DNA from: Phoronis australis
Lineage: Eukaryota > Animalia > Phoronida
Assembly (NCBI GenBank): GCA_002633005.1
Contig: NMRA01000801.1
Location: 76,600-140,599, forward strand
DNA length: 64,000 bases
Direction of reading: 5' to 3'
Part shown: in pieces, positions 46,409 through 60,494 of the stretch
Layout of the letters: each line of letters opens with the position of its first letter
Position numbering within the stretch: the stretch's first letter is position 1
Position numbers and translations under genes: made by a program
Notes under the pieces: generated by a model
Told to the model about the DNA's origin: nothing
What the model saw: only the letters and a program-made list of their open reading frames with translations
The model's database searches: none

Positions 46409-48504
46409 AAGGTACAGTATAGGTGGTAACGCTATCCAGAAAGTCACCCCTACTAGATGGAGTTTGCCTTGCAAAATCATATTATTAAAGCGTTTCTTAC
46501 CATTGCAGTCTTGTAATATCTTATTACTGTAAACACTTGGGTTAACAACTATGCTCACGCACAAGCCTACTCCCTACCTTTGAAGTGTTTCATAATAAGC
46601 GCTCACTGATGTACTATGCATTCCCCCTCAACTTTTAAGAATTTCCAATTAAGCGCCCACAGTTCAGGCTGGTGCCCATCATAGCGCACTACAAACGACC
46701 GCGCGTGGTTTAAAATTGACACGTAGTCTGTTGCGTATCACTCTCATTTTAAAACAAATTCAGTTTTCAAAAAACGTTTCTCAACCAGATCCCGGCTTTG
46801 TTTTATCCTCCAAAAGAATGTAAACACTGGTGACATGGGTGTCGTTTCGTGACTGACCTATTTTTCCCATACTTGGAAGGTATTGAGGACTGCAAGCTTG
46901 CCATTACCCGATAGAAGCCTGCACGGAGGGAGTCAGGAATTATTTCGAGGCTATTCATTTCATGTAAAACTAATTGTTAAAAATGTTAACAGCATAAGTA
47001 CCACATTTTTGTTATGAAATTTGCACTGAATTGTTCCCGGGCATCGAAATAGGTCATTCGGTTAGGGCATCGTTTCACGGATTTTTTTTGACATGTTTTT
47101 CAAAGGTCAAGTTAAGTTGAAAAATTTGGGCTGTGAACAAAAAGTAGAGGGAATTTGCAATCCGAGTTAGTTTGAATCTTTAACGTCTTTGATAAAAGCC
47201 AGTAGGAGGTCGCACCTCAGTTGTCGTTTGCGTTTGTTTATGAGTCAGTCAACATGCTGCACGATTGCTGCGTACCGGGGTGTGCTTGTTATCGTTTCAC
47301 ATGCACTTTGGGTAATAGCCAGTACACCACTTTCCAAAAGATTACACGCTCCGCCGTACTTGGCTCGTTCGTGTAAAGAACGCAGCATTACCGTCCACTC
47401 AACATACAAAGTAATGGAGAATTACCGAGTGTGTGGCAAGCATTTTCTGCCATTCGATTACGAAAGAGATATGTACACGAAATCGGTAACAATCCTTGAT
47501 TCCTGGCAGTGCCGTGTCGCCACCCCTGAGAAATGCATTTTTGAAACGAGTGACCTCGCGAGCTGTGGCATTTACATCTTCTGTTGCCCATGCCTCTGAA
47601 CGTACCCCAGAACATGCAGTTCCGGGCACTAACGATGATTTGCCTCGTGTTGGTGTTGTCTCCAGCCCAGAGCCTGTGAGCAGCCCTGCAGCGATGTTGA
47701 GTAGCGGTAGTGAATACTGGCCAAGTTCGACACCAAGTGGGAGGACAGTTCCTCTTCCAGTGGTCAGGCCGGTGAGCCAAACTTTGATAAGTTTATTGTG
47801 GACGTGAATATAGTATTGGAGCTTATTTAGAAGGTGCCAGGTGTGTGGTGAGGGAGTAACACCACTGGATGTAACAGGTTTGTGTGCTCAAGTCACCATC
47901 CAGTGGGAACAGCATTCCATTGAGTTCGGCATAACAGTGCACACAGTGCATTTGCACCAAGACGTCCCATCACGTCTGTCCTCAGTCTCTGCCTCATCCC
48001 TTTCAACAGCTGTCTGTATTCTGCACTGCCTCACTATACTCCAGCTCAAACAGGTATCCACCCACTGCTACTACAAACTAAAAGATTCCTAAATTCAACG
48101 TAATTGAGTTCTCTAATAACCTTAGTTGTCATAGAATACTCGTCGATGGGAAGTGGTGACGACAATTTTAGGTGACTAGCACAAAAACAACAGTAGAACA
48201 GATCCTCACAGTAGCACGAATACACTAGAGAATTGGGAGAGTTAGGTCACGTGATGTCACCAAAAAGATGGCGGGTTGAGCGGTATAAACTATTTCCAAC
48301 ATATTTCCATGCCTCACTGAAAAAGATATATTTATACTGAAACGAAATGGCAGGAAATTCTTAACCCCCTAAATGACACATCCGGAGTAGTGTACGACTA
48401 ATTAAAAAATTACCGGGAACCGTAATGAACTGAAGCATATGTCTGGGATGATTAACGAATCGTATTTTTACTAAAAATGATGGCAAAGAAGGTTGCCTGC
48501 TCCT
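46409..48504. mobile_element. Second, distinct centrally deleted Kolobok-like element: THAP transposase remnant (+, 47254-47905) facing a Cys-rich KolX/P2X7-ballast-like remnant (-, 48132-47910)
   Basis: + strand MLHDCCVPGC...HHFPKDYTLRRTWLVRVK...NYRVCGKHFLPFDYERD...KFIVDVNIVLEL..RCQVCG; - strand GGYLFELEYSE...RRDGTSWCKCTVCTVMPNSMEC; candidate right end ...CCTGCTCCT at 48504; left boundary uncertain. Confidence 0.68.
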
Positions 48505-49013
48505 GAAAATTTGGTAAATATATTGATATGAAGTTGACTACAGAAAACGACGGCTGTGCTCCGGCTCTAGTGGCATTTTTTTCGTTGTCCTCTGTATCTG
48601 TGAAACTCCTTCGCAGATTTTTATGAAATTTAATAAACCGGTGTTTATTAAACAGTCAACAGGCTCCTGTTTTCGGATAGATTCGACGTTGAGAGCTGCC
48701 ATTTTTCTAAGAAATTTTGCAAGTAGGTTTCTATTAAAGAAACGACGACGCCTTCTCATTTTCAGGCGGATTTGACGTTTTCTGGGCGATCTGGTGGCCA
48801 TTTTAAAATTTTTTAGTATGTTTGACTGCTCCTCCATCCACGTAACTTCTTGGTTAGGATCATTAGTAAAATTTGGAGATGTGTTCTTGATGAGTAGACC
48901 CAGGCTGACATGGATTTTTGGACGTGTTCAACTACTCTGGCACTCCCTAGTGGCAATTTTATTTTTTTGTGTCCACGGCTGTATCACCTTACCCTTTGTA
49001 ACATCTTTCTGAA

Positions 49014-50266
49014 TTTTTATGCGCCCACATATTTATATGTGGTCGCATATTGCCGTCATCTCTGTCTGGGCGTCCGGCGTCTGCGGCTGTATATCCTAAA
49101 CCCCTTGCAGGATCTTATTGAAATTTGGCGGGTGTGTTCCAATGGGGTTGACGACAGAGGGCGACGAGTTTCGGACCGACTCAAATACCGCTGTGCCCCC
49201 TAGTGGCAATTTTAGTTTTTTACGTTTGCTTCTGTATTTTCAAAGGCCCTTAACCGATTTTTGTGAAATTTGGCACATAGGCATCTATTAATAATTTGAC
49301 GCTATCTTTAGTTTTCGGATGGATTTGAGGCATTTTGCGCCATCTAGTGACCATTTTTACTATTTTCGAGTCGTTTTTTTTGGCGTTTGCCCCTCTAACT
49401 ACCAAACCACTTGAAGGATGAGTGGGAAAATTGGCATATATGTTGTTACTATGAAGAAGACAGTTGACAATGATTTTCTGACGACTTTGACTACTGTGGT
49501 GCCTCCTAGTGGCAGTTTTGTTTGTTTTTCCGCCCATGGCTGTATCTCCTAAACACTCTACAGGATCTTTATTAAATTTAGCAAATGTATTTATATGAAT
49601 GTGACAACAGAGGACGGCGACTTTCGAACAGATTGGTCTACCGTTGTGCCCCCTTGTGGCAATTATAGTTATTTTTACATTTACCTCTGTTTCTTCAAAG
49701 TTCCTCAAATGATTTCCATAAAGTGTAGCACATAGACATCTATTAGTGAGGTGACGCTAGCCATTGATCTTTAGGTTGATTCAAGGTATTTTGCGCCACC
49801 TAATGGCCATTTTTGTTGTTTTCGAGTCTGTTTTTTGGCGTCCCTCTGTCAACCAAACCACTTTAAGGATGATTGTGAAAGTAATTTCCGACGACTTCGA
49901 CTACTGTGGCGCCTCCTAGTGGTGTTTTTTTGCACTCATACTTGTATCTTCTAAGCCCTCTACAGGATTTTTGTTAAAATTTAGCTCGTGTATTTATATA
50001 AAGACGGATCCCCGACAAATACTGTGCCCCTAGTGGCAATTTTTTTTTCATTTTTGTCTGTTTCTCTGAAGTTCCTCGATGAATTTTAATGAAAATTTGT
50101 AAATGGCTTTCTTTTAATGAAACAATGGCATTCTCTGGTTTTCAGACAGATTCGACGTATTTTGCGCCATCTCGTGGCCATTTTGATGATACAAAGAAAC
50201 AACTCTAAAAGCATACCATTTGTGATGCATTCGTGGGCGCATTTCAACGCTCCACGTTGCTCGTGT
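49014..50266 (+). mobile_element. HINE/DINE-1-like element nested in an older copy (about 48520-50927)
   Basis: Complete 5' and 3' structures; the flanks are diverged units of the same family ending in a second 3' terminus at ~50927. Confidence 0.8.
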
Positions 50267-51819
50267 AGCAGATGTGTTCCTATGGAGATGGAAACAGATG
50301 ACTGTGAGTTTCAGACCATTAATCCAACTACAACTGTGCTCCTAGTGGCAGTTTTATTTTTTATGTTTGCCTCTGTAACTTCAGAGTTCCTTGATGTGTT
50401 TTCATGAAGTTAAGCAAACAAGTTTCTATTATCAAGAGAACATCACCTTTCCTTTTTGTGATGGATTCCACCTATTCGGCACCAACTAGTAGCCATTTTA
50501 ATTATTTTTTAGTCTGTTTTTTGTTGTCTGCTTCTTTAAATGATGAGTGCATGAGTGACATGGATCTTCAAATAGATCCGACTTTTAGTAACATTTTTTC
50601 GCATATATGGCTGTATCTCCTAAACCCCTTGCAAGATGTTTTTGAAATTTTGCAATTGTATTCTGTATTCCTATTAACTTGATAATAGGTGGACGGAGGC
50701 CACTACTGCTGGGGTTTCTAATGGCAGTTTGTTTTTTAATGTTTATTTTGTACCTTTGAATTTCTTTGGTGGATTTTGGCAAATACATTTGAGAGACAAC
50801 CATACCTTCCCATTTTTGGACAGGCTTAATTTATTCTGTGCCATCTAATACAAATGAACAGTCCTAGGAGCACACCGTTTTGCGATGCAGTCATGGTCTC
50901 ATTTCAATGCTCCACGTTGTTCTTGTTCAAAAAAATCAAGGTTTATGTATATGTGGACCTCAGTTGCTGAACTTAGGCTCGTGATCCTATGTGCGGAACA
51001 TTTGAGTGGAAAAATGTTGCGGAAAAAGGGCAAAGTTCAGCATATAGGAGCTTGCGCTTATTTGGCGGGTTAGATGCTAACGCCATCCCCTATCAATTGA
51101 GTTTCCCTGGTCATTAATGAGCATATTTGCGAATACTGTCAATGCTAAACCACCACTGATATACATTATGAAAGACCAAGTGTGACTTGCCTGGCCAACA
51201 TGTAACCTTGTTCACCCTCTCAAGTGCTATGTACACTTGGATACAGTCCCTTTCTGGGTTCAGTTGAGTTATGTAGTATTACATAGCAGAGGTTATATGA
51301 TTTGACTTGCCAATGGAGTTGGTCAATTGCCTTCCCTGAGTTTATTAACACAAAGGCTGCATCTAACTACTTGTGTCCATGGTCAGACCTCGTGGTCATT
51401 ATCATGTTTGTTGTGGTTTTGTAGTTCAAAGGTGAGTGTTTGCTGAGATTTCTGTGTCCTCACAACCTGTTGTTTCCTGGACGCTAAGGATGGTGTTGGA
51501 GTAGAGAAGTTTGTCAGAAATGCGTAGGAGTGGGATTGGTAGGGGTAGGTTTCTGATTGAGAACCAGTTACTTCCACTGAATAAAGCTGTTATTCAGTGG
51601 GTGTTACTGGTTCTCAAATCACCTTTAATGAGGTTCCCACTTATTTGACTGTTACTTGGAATGGTGGTTATTAGGTGCTCTAAAATAGACCTGGATGAGA
51701 TTTGTGGAGTTTTATCCCTAACTTGCTTCCGTATGAGAGATGATGGAACATGTCTGAACAATGGCATTTCCACTCCTGGAAAGTCTGCAGGAATTTAGAT
51801 AGTTGAAGGATGCCTCAAA

Positions 51820-53000
51820 CTTTATGTAGTGACCTTCATTCTAACTCGTATAACAGAAATACCAGGCTATGTCAAGTTGTAAAAGTATATATTTTCTGAA
51901 AGAAAAAGTTCAGAGATTGTAAAAAATATGTTTTACATGTATGCGCCATTGTTGTTATTATATTTCCACCTTTTTAAGTCAAAATTTCATTTTTAAGCAA
52001 GGTAAATTCATAACAAAATAATGTCTTGGTCGAATTCAATGAAATTTTCAAATCAATGAATTTTTGTGAGGATTTAACGGTATCTCTTTTCACAACTTGC
52101 TGTGTTCGTGAACACAGTCACAGAGGCTTGCGGCGACTCGGAGCATTCATTCTCAATGGTATTATGCATACAAATGCTCAACTCCCTCAGGATCAAAACT
52201 CCATTTTGTCTTCAGAGAGTTCACGTGGAGCTGTTCTGTGCTTGGCAGAAGATTCAGCCCTGCAACCTTTGACGTCAGATGAGTAGTAAACAAATTTCCA
52301 CGTAGTTGTGCGCTACATGGTATATATTTGGTATTAGATGTTACTGCAGAATGAAGATAAGGTATTTTTCTAAACATGTAAAATATCGAAAAAACGGCAA
52401 TTTTTGCGAATGCGGTTTGAGATATCTTTAAGATTAGTCAACAGTTTTTTGTAGTACACAACACATACCAAAGCATGCGCCGGGGAAACTGAAAGAAACC
52501 AATTACGAAATGGAGAATAGAAGTTGAATATCTGTTTTTAAAGCGCTGTAAGCGCGAGGTCGAATCGTCAAAACATCAGTTTATGGGTTAATTAAGGAAT
52601 GAATTTGGGCGGGGATTTTTCACAAATTGCTTTGTTCGTGACGCCAGTCTCCTTGCAGCGACTCGGTGCATTCATTACAACGTTGTCAACTGTCGTATGT
52701 AGGCAGCTGTGGACGTCATTCAGGATCAAAAGTACTTTTGTTTTCATGAAAGGACCATGAATTGTGGGAAGTGCATGTGCCAACCGAGGAATTCGAGTGA
52801 CAGCTCTGTAACCTTTAACCTTGGATAAGTAGTAAACAAATTTCCCCGAGTTTGAAGGTGGTTCTGCTAAATCTTTTGTTCTCGCTACATGTCCTGTATT
52901 CCGTATTTGAAATTTCTCTGAGATAAAGTATTCTGGTAGATATTTGTGAAGTATTGTAAAAACGGACAATTTTTGTGAATAAGGTTTGGGATATCTGTAA
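51820..53000 (+). repeat. Old interspersed repeat family, second copy with an internal partial duplication
   Basis: Same blocks as 38070-39440; the CAGGATCAAAA...AGTAGTAAACAAATTTCC block occurs twice. Confidence 0.65.
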
Positions 53001-55050
53001 GTGCAAGTATCAGGATTGAGTCATGGTTATTAAGGGAAGGAAACAAAAGAAATGTGATTAGTGTTTTGGAGCCATTTAGCTTTGATCAGTTGCTTTGTGT
53101 TTATTTACTATAATATTAAGCCAGCATCATGTATTTATGTGTATGATCTCTGCAGGTCCATTTACATGCACACGATTACTGCGTAATTACCCGCTTAAAA
53201 TACTTGGAAACTCGTTATTCTCCAGTAGGGGTATTCTTACTTGCATGTGAATCCTCAAATTATTACTATTCTCCTGTTCGACAAATTTAGTGCGTATTAG
53301 GCCTTTATGCAGCATAGGTCCTGGGCATCCATTTGGACTAATATGAACCCTATGGCAAGGACACCCAATGTATCATTTGGACGCCCATGGTCTATAGGAA
53401 CCTTTCAAGTTTGGACACACACATTGTAGTGATTACTAGGAAGCCTCTGAACTCTCAGTGGAGGCTCTTCTTTCAAAACAGGAAGAAATATACAATGTAT
53501 ATACAAAGTGTATACAATGTTGCTATGCTCACACTTGGTTGATAGCATTGTAAAAGTCTTGGTCTACACCAATTTTTTATTAAAAATGCTCATTACAGAA
53601 GGCTGTTTTGTAAACTTAGATGTAAAAACCTTGGTCTATGCATTTTTTTGTAAAAAAAAAATCTGGGGAGGGGTACAACACTGTATCCAGAAACACAAAG
53701 AGCAGTAGTTACCAAAGTCGACGACAGGAGTGACTCAGAAAAGCTGGTTTCGGGAATTTAACACAAGAGAACACTCGTGTTATCGGAATTAAAAGCAGGT
53801 TTTGGTAAACAATGTAATACGCTATTTTCTCAGATAAGCATTTGAACGGGGCTTCTGTTTAGAAGTTGCAAATCTATTGTCCTGATAATTAAAATGGAAC
53901 TGGTTGCCTTCAGGCCATTTCACTGCCCAACACCATTTGGTTTCCTATGATATTTTTCGTGGGGTGCTTGGAAACTGGGATAGCCCGGAGGCGTGTCAGA
54001 GTCTTCCCTTGCCCAAGGAGAAAGGTGTCTATACCTTTTGAGAAGGTAATTTTCTTAGGATAAGAAGGAAAATTCTCAGTTATTGTTTTCACTTGATATT
54101 GGCATTTTCTGACACGTCTCTTCATGTTGATTCCAAAATGCCCAAAATATGCTGTTTTTTCAGCCCGTTTTTCCTTTTCTTGTCTCTGCATGAATGATGA
54201 TCACCGTTTTCGAGTGGTCTTCATTTTTGGTGTGCTGTTTGGAGAAGTACCTCTGTTGGTTATAATTGCACTCAATCATATGCTGTGTAAAATAGTCCCT
54301 AAGCCCACACCCTAACCCTAACCCTAATGATGGTAGCTGCCTTTAACGATAAAATTGAGGGGAGTGTAGCCCTGACTCTAAGATCGTGGGGCAGAGGACA
54401 TAACCCTAAGATTGAAGGCCGAACTATTTTCAGCTACAAATAACGTCTTTAAAACTTTGAGAAGAGAACACGAGGAAGTTTGATACATGTTTGGATTTAG
54501 ATTGAAAAGGAGATTCAGATCGAATAGTTAAGATTTTGGACGCTGATTGTACTGAGGCAACTTGACACATCTAGGGCAAGCCCGAGCACAACTGTATTGT
54601 GAAAGCAATGCTGCAGACAAGCTGTGTTCTTGTTCCATTACATGCTCAGGAGTGCCTAATTCAGTTTGTATCACATTTGTCCCTAAGTATAGGGTGTGTA
54701 GTGTGGACACGCTCTGTACAGAGCAAGTTGCTTCAGGGCAAGTTGTTCTAGGCTAGGTTAACTTGTGTGTATGTGTGGGCATGAATATCAGTGGCGGATC
54801 TAGGATATCACAAGGGGGGGCCCAACATTTTGTCCGGCTGTAGGCATTTGCGCAAACTGAACCACGACTGTAGATGCGCATAGCACCGAATGGGGGGAGG
54901 TCGGGAGGGGGGAAAACCCCCCTCCCGCTCAGGAAATTTTTCTGTTTTTACCTCTAAAAATCAAGCATTTTCCTTGATTCCTGAAGTATTATCCAAGAAA
55001 AAAAGAAAAAAAAAACGGAGAACGTGTCAAACAGGAAAACTTGAACTGAA

Positions 55051-55117
55051 CGTACCAAAGACTCGAACTCACGACCTGGAGCTTAGTGAGCGCGTGCGTT
55101 ACCACTACACCACCACG
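55051..55117 (-). pseudogene. tRNA-like (Pol III A/B box) sequence, pseudo-tRNA or SINE head
   Basis: Minus strand CGTGGTGGTGTAGTGGTAACGCACGCG...GGTCGTGAGTTCGAGTC; acceptor and T stems are poor. Confidence 0.55.
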
Positions 55118-55622
55118 ATTAAACTACTACGTTTATACTAAAAGACCTACTTGTTTATGGTCCACAGCGTTTGCGCGCGAAACCTACTTCTTTTCGCAAT
55201 GCTATACGTTTTATATTTTGCGCCATCAATTCTTAGCAAATTTGTCGTATTTAAAATAGTCTTCAAATGCCAAAAGACCAAATCCGTTTTTCGTGTTGGC
55301 AATAATGACGGGATTGCTTTGGAATTCGTCTTAAGATAAGGTTTGACAAAGAGAGTATTGCGAGTTTCTGAGTGATTCACGCAGGCTTCGATTAAAATTC
55401 ACATCTTACCAACAGCTTCTGTTTTTTCATCGTAACTCAGGTTCCATTCTCTTTAAAAAATGAAGTAAAATTCTTCATTGCACAGTGGAGCAGACGACGA
55501 AAACGGAGTCGTACTGCGCAGCGCCACTGCCGGTCGCCTGGGATATCGCGGGAGAGCCTCTTAGCCATAGTTCCGTTACGAATGCGCCGTGTTCCGAATT
55601 TGACACTTGAAATTGGGTTTGA

Positions 55623-56534
55623 NNNNNNNNNNNNNNNNNNNNNNNNNNNNNNNNNNNNNNNNNNNNNNNNNNNNNNNNNNNNNNNNNNNNNNNNNNNNNN
55701 NNNNNNNNNNNNNNNNNNNNNNNNNNNNNNNNNNNNNNNNNNNNNNNNNNNNNNNNNNNNNNNNNNNNNNNNNNNNNNNNNNNNNNNNNNNNNNNNNNNN
55801 NNNNNNNNNNNNNNNNNNNNNNNNNNNNNNNNNNNNNNNNNNNNNNNNNNNNNNNNNNNNNNNNNNNNNNNNNNNNNNNNNNNNNNNNNNNNNNNNNNNN
55901 NNNNNNNNNNNNNNNNNNNNNNNNNNNNNNNNNNNNNNNNNNNNNNNNNNNNNNNNNNNNNNNNNNNNNNNNNNNNNNNNNNNNNNNNNNNNNNNNNNNN
56001 NNNNNNNNNNNNNNNNNNNNNNNNNNNNNNNNNNNNNNNNNNNNNNNNNNNNNNNNNNNNNNNNNNNNNNNNNNNNNNNNNNNNNNNNNNNNNNNNNNNN
56101 NNNNNNNNNNNNNNNNNNNNNNNNNNNNNNNNNNNNNNNNNNNNNNNNNNNNNNNNNNNNNNNNNNNNNNNNNNNNNNNNNNNNNNNNNNNNNNNNNNNN
56201 NNNNNNNNNNNNNNNNNNNNNNNNNNNNNNNNNNNNNNNNNNNNNNNNNNNNNNNNNNNNNNNNNNNNNNNNNNNNNNNNNNNNNNNNNNNNNNNNNNNN
56301 NNNNNNNNNNNNNNNNNNNNNNNNNNNNNNNNNNNNNNNNNNNNNNNNNNNNNNNNNNNNNNNNNNNNNNNNNNNNNNNNNNNNNNNNNNNNNNNNNNNN
56401 NNNNNNNNNNNNNNNNNNNNNNNNNNNNNNNNNNNNNNNNNNNNNNNNNNNNNNNNNNNNNNNNNNNNNNNNNNNNNNNNNNNNNNNNNNNNNNNNNNNN
56501 NNNNNNNNNNNNNNNNNNNNNNNNNNNNNNNNNN
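55623..56534. other. Assembly gap (others at 16900-17093, 27875-28043, 60044-60162)
   Basis: Runs of N. Confidence 0.99.
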
Positions 56535-59500
56535 GAAAAAGCATTGTGGGAGCTCTTTAAACATACCACTTATAGGGTGAGAAGATGTAGTCTGGTAATG
56601 TTACCTCATTCGTGGATAAATTTGCATTGATGACTTGTGCAGAACTAAGCCATGTGACAAGAACCCATTAAAGTCATTCAGTATTCTGACACTTTAAAAG
56701 GAATTCCTCTCACAGTTATACATAAAAGGGTAGAAAGCATGGGACACCGAGACACCCGTCTGGTTGAAGTTCAAAAAGTGAGCATGATTTTGAATTATGT
56801 AATTTTTAAATATTGTTCTAGTTGACAAGTGAATGACTACATGAAGGTGAGTAATTCTTGCTTCCAACAAAGAAACTTGAGCAATGTCTGCTTGGGGTTC
56901 CTGGGCCAATAGGTATTTAAGTGGGCTTCAGTTTTATGAAGATACTCCATTCTGGGCTTTCATTCTTGAAAAGAGCTCATCTGCCCCTAATTTGGACTTC
57001 CTATTGATAACTCAATGTTGGCTTTTCACCAATTGCTTACCTTTTATGTCAGAGATAAAAATTATGTAACTACTTAGAGGTTGATCTGTGGGAGATATGA
57101 TAATTTTATAACACTCAGTCAGGTCTGGTCAGAGAGTGAGGCGACTGGCTAACTTTACATAATCAGGTCAATGACCAAGGGTTGATAGCGCAGTCTGCAC
57201 TGACTGTGGCCCCAGCTAAATGGTAGCTCTTTGTAAGGATACAAGGACGATTCTAAAGTTGGAGAGTGAAGCAGGATTGCCGCTGCTTTGGAAAGTTTCC
57301 AGGGAATAGAATGCAGAATTGAGTGGTTGACAACTGTTAGAAATGTAAACAAGATATGTAAGTGTTTGTTGTCATTAGCCTAATAGGTATTTACTCATGG
57401 GCAGTATTGATGTCTACATACAGCGGTTCATCCAATCTCCACTCTCACTCTCCACTCTCGGCGCGTTCATGATAATTAATACGCATCAGCGTTTTTATGG
57501 CCCCAAGTCTAGTTGCTGTTGCAGTGTTGTATGTTGTTGCGAAGACGTGCTTCTGCTCTCAAGTTTTTTGTTTTTTTTTTTGCTTTCTAAACCGATTTTC
57601 TTTTTATTCTAGACAGGCCAATGAGCTACTCAGAATTTTTTCTTGCTTGTTGAAACAGACAGCCATGTTTACTTGCTTTTAGTAATTTATTTGGGCATCC
57701 AGTTGCTGAATGGTTGTCCTCTGTAAAATGTCTTAATTTGAGTCATTTGTCAATTTGGATGTGCTGGACACCCTCTAGATGAAGTCCTGTTTAAATACAA
57801 CAGCAGTGTTAGCCCACAGTTATCACTTAATTGGTACACAATTGTAAATGCATTGCCGGCCATTCATGTAGATCAGCTGTTGAAACGATATGTAATGACT
57901 AACGTTACCTATTTGTAGAAACAATTCTTTGAAAATTGGAGGTTTTTGTTTTTGTACAAAATACCCAAAGGATTTATGCACAGTTTAAATTTAAATAGAC
58001 CCTCATGTTTCTAAAGATCTATGTCACACACACTTTTAACCTATCTAGTTAGTACCTTCAAAAAATAAGGTAATGGATTGTTTTAGCTGTTTGAATTGCC
58101 TTTGTATTTTCGTAGCTGTGTTGGCGTCCTCTGATGATCATCTTAACTTCTCCAAGACAAAACACCTGCGTCACTCTCTAGCAGTCTCTCGCCACTCTGT
58201 TCTTTCATGTAATAAATAATATTGAATGTGTAGTGTGCATCCTCACATGCTTCTTTATTGAGCTTCAATAGTCACTGGGCAGTGCAAGGTGAGACAAGCT
58301 TGCATGGCACTTGTATCTTGTCTTATTCAGTGCACTGCAGGTCTCCCCGAACCATGGTTAGTAAAAGCACTTTTTTATTAATGAATGAGGATTAGAGAAT
58401 TTTTTTTTACCTATTCTGAGGAGATGCTTGGGTTTTGTGGAAGTACACAACTTTGTGTACGCTACGCTTTCTCTAAAGGTTTTATTTCTGCTTTGCTTGT
58501 AGGGTATTGAGCATTAGTTAATATTCATTATACCCGTTTTAATATTTACCTGTTTTATAATTCATGTTCTTTCAGCAAATGAAGAACAATTTTAAGTTCA
58601 CTGTTGAGTTTTATGAGGGTGGACCATACAGTAATTCTTCACCTGATAAATTTGAATTTTGTCAAATTTATAAGAAATTCTAGTTCAGATGTCAGAAATT
58701 AACATTTGGTTTTCTATTTTCTATTTACTGTGAAGTAAATCGGCCTTTGGAAATAGAAAATTACAGTTTTGTGAATTATTTTTGTGCTAAATTAATGAGG
58801 AATTTATGTTATTTCTGTCGTTGATGTGATTCCCTGCTGTGTGGTTTGTGTTCCTTTTGAACAGGATCTGATATATGTTCTGCATCAGTTATCTACCTCA
58901 CTTATTCTCTGCACCTGGCCATTATCATGTTGCTAAAGACAAATAGGTAATTTGCTGCAGCATTGCGTCATGTACTATGTATACACACTAGAGTTCAATG
59001 ACATGGCTTGGGTGCATTTCATATATATTCAAGCTCTGTCTTGAAATGTGACTCCCATCCGATGTTTGTGACACTGAAAATTTTTCATGACGTCAACTGT
59101 GAATTGAGAAGCTCAGATTTTAGCCACCTAATACCTTTAATTTTTTAGCCCTGGTCGCTATGTCTGCTTGTACCAATTAATCAGCAGATTTGGTCATGGG
59201 CAGGTGGAGGGGATAAGACTGATGTTTCATGTGCTTTTAGTGTCAGCGGTGTTACAATAATGCGTTAGTAAAATAATTTTTGAAAATCAAAAAATGATAG
59301 TTTTTTATGGTAATGTTTCGCTTGTCACTGCCATAACATCATTCAAACAATTCTCCCCCATTTTTCATACCTGAAAAAGTGATGCATTACGTTACATTAA
59401 ACAGCGCCATCTTGTGTTATCTTGGCAGTGTTCAGTACCAAAGCCCGTCTAAAAAGTTTGGCGTATTTCACTTTTAATTTCAACTATCTTCTGATACTCT

Positions 59501-60494
59501 AGGTAAAGTTGATCTGAATGGGCCTTTCTCACTGCTTTTTATTGGGGTGGTTAAATTTGCAAAATCTGTCTCTGTGAAAATATGCGGTTTTTTGTTAAGC
59601 GTTATTTTAAATGTTTTTGATCAAGTTATATTTACCAAAATCATGGTAACTGCTGGACTTGTACCAGACCGCATTACACTGAAGTGGATATTGCTTTGTA
59701 TCCAACAGTATTAATAACTACAAATAGAAATAATGGAACATTTGCAGCCTGTTCAGTCTCACCTACTTAAGTAGCTTGATGATGAAAGATCTGGCTTTGT
59801 TGTCTGTGTCTCTCAAGTGTAAAGCAATGGCCTTGTGCATGTGGTCATTCAACAGGGCACTGGTTCCCACGTTTGACTGTTAGTCAGCATCTGTTGATGA
59901 CCCTTTGAAGGTGTCCAGTGATTTGAAGCCCCCTGGTCTATCTCCAACACTATTGGTGCTCTTATGCAATACATTGCATAACATAGACTGTTTCATTGCT
60001 CAGCTTTGTGGCAGATTTATGAAGTTCACAAGGACAGGGCATANNNNNNNNNNNNNNNNNNNNNNNNNNNNNNNNNNNNNNNNNNNNNNNNNNNNNNNNN
60101 NNNNNNNNNNNNNNNNNNNNNNNNNNNNNNNNNNNNNNNNNNNNNNNNNNNNNNNNNNNNNNTCATCTCAAGTCAAATTCTGTTATAAAGTTTATTATAT
60201 CAACTTCACTAGCTTTATATTCTGTACAATGAGTCATCAAAGCTGTAGTTACCAACAAAAGAAAAATGCACTGATGATGTGTGGTTTATATTTTGACAAC
60301 AGGTGTCACTGCTGCTCCATTTTAGACGCACATAGAAAAGCATGAAACAGGCGAAAACTCAAACATTTTAAATGGGCATATTCTTGCGGCACATCATATT
60401 ATTAAAGTAATGACATTTATTTTGTTTTTGGTATTTTTAAAAAAAGATGAAGTACATGAAATTACAGCTCTGAAACACCAGTTTGGAGTTAACC

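Noticed and set aside
54310-54327. (CCCTAA)3 telomere-like repeat
   Set aside because: Too short, and such motifs are common inside interspersed repeats; not evidence of an interstitial telomere.
55437-56580. Long ORFs of 317-375 aa
   Set aside because: They consist of X residues from an N gap; the same applies to ORFs over the other gaps.
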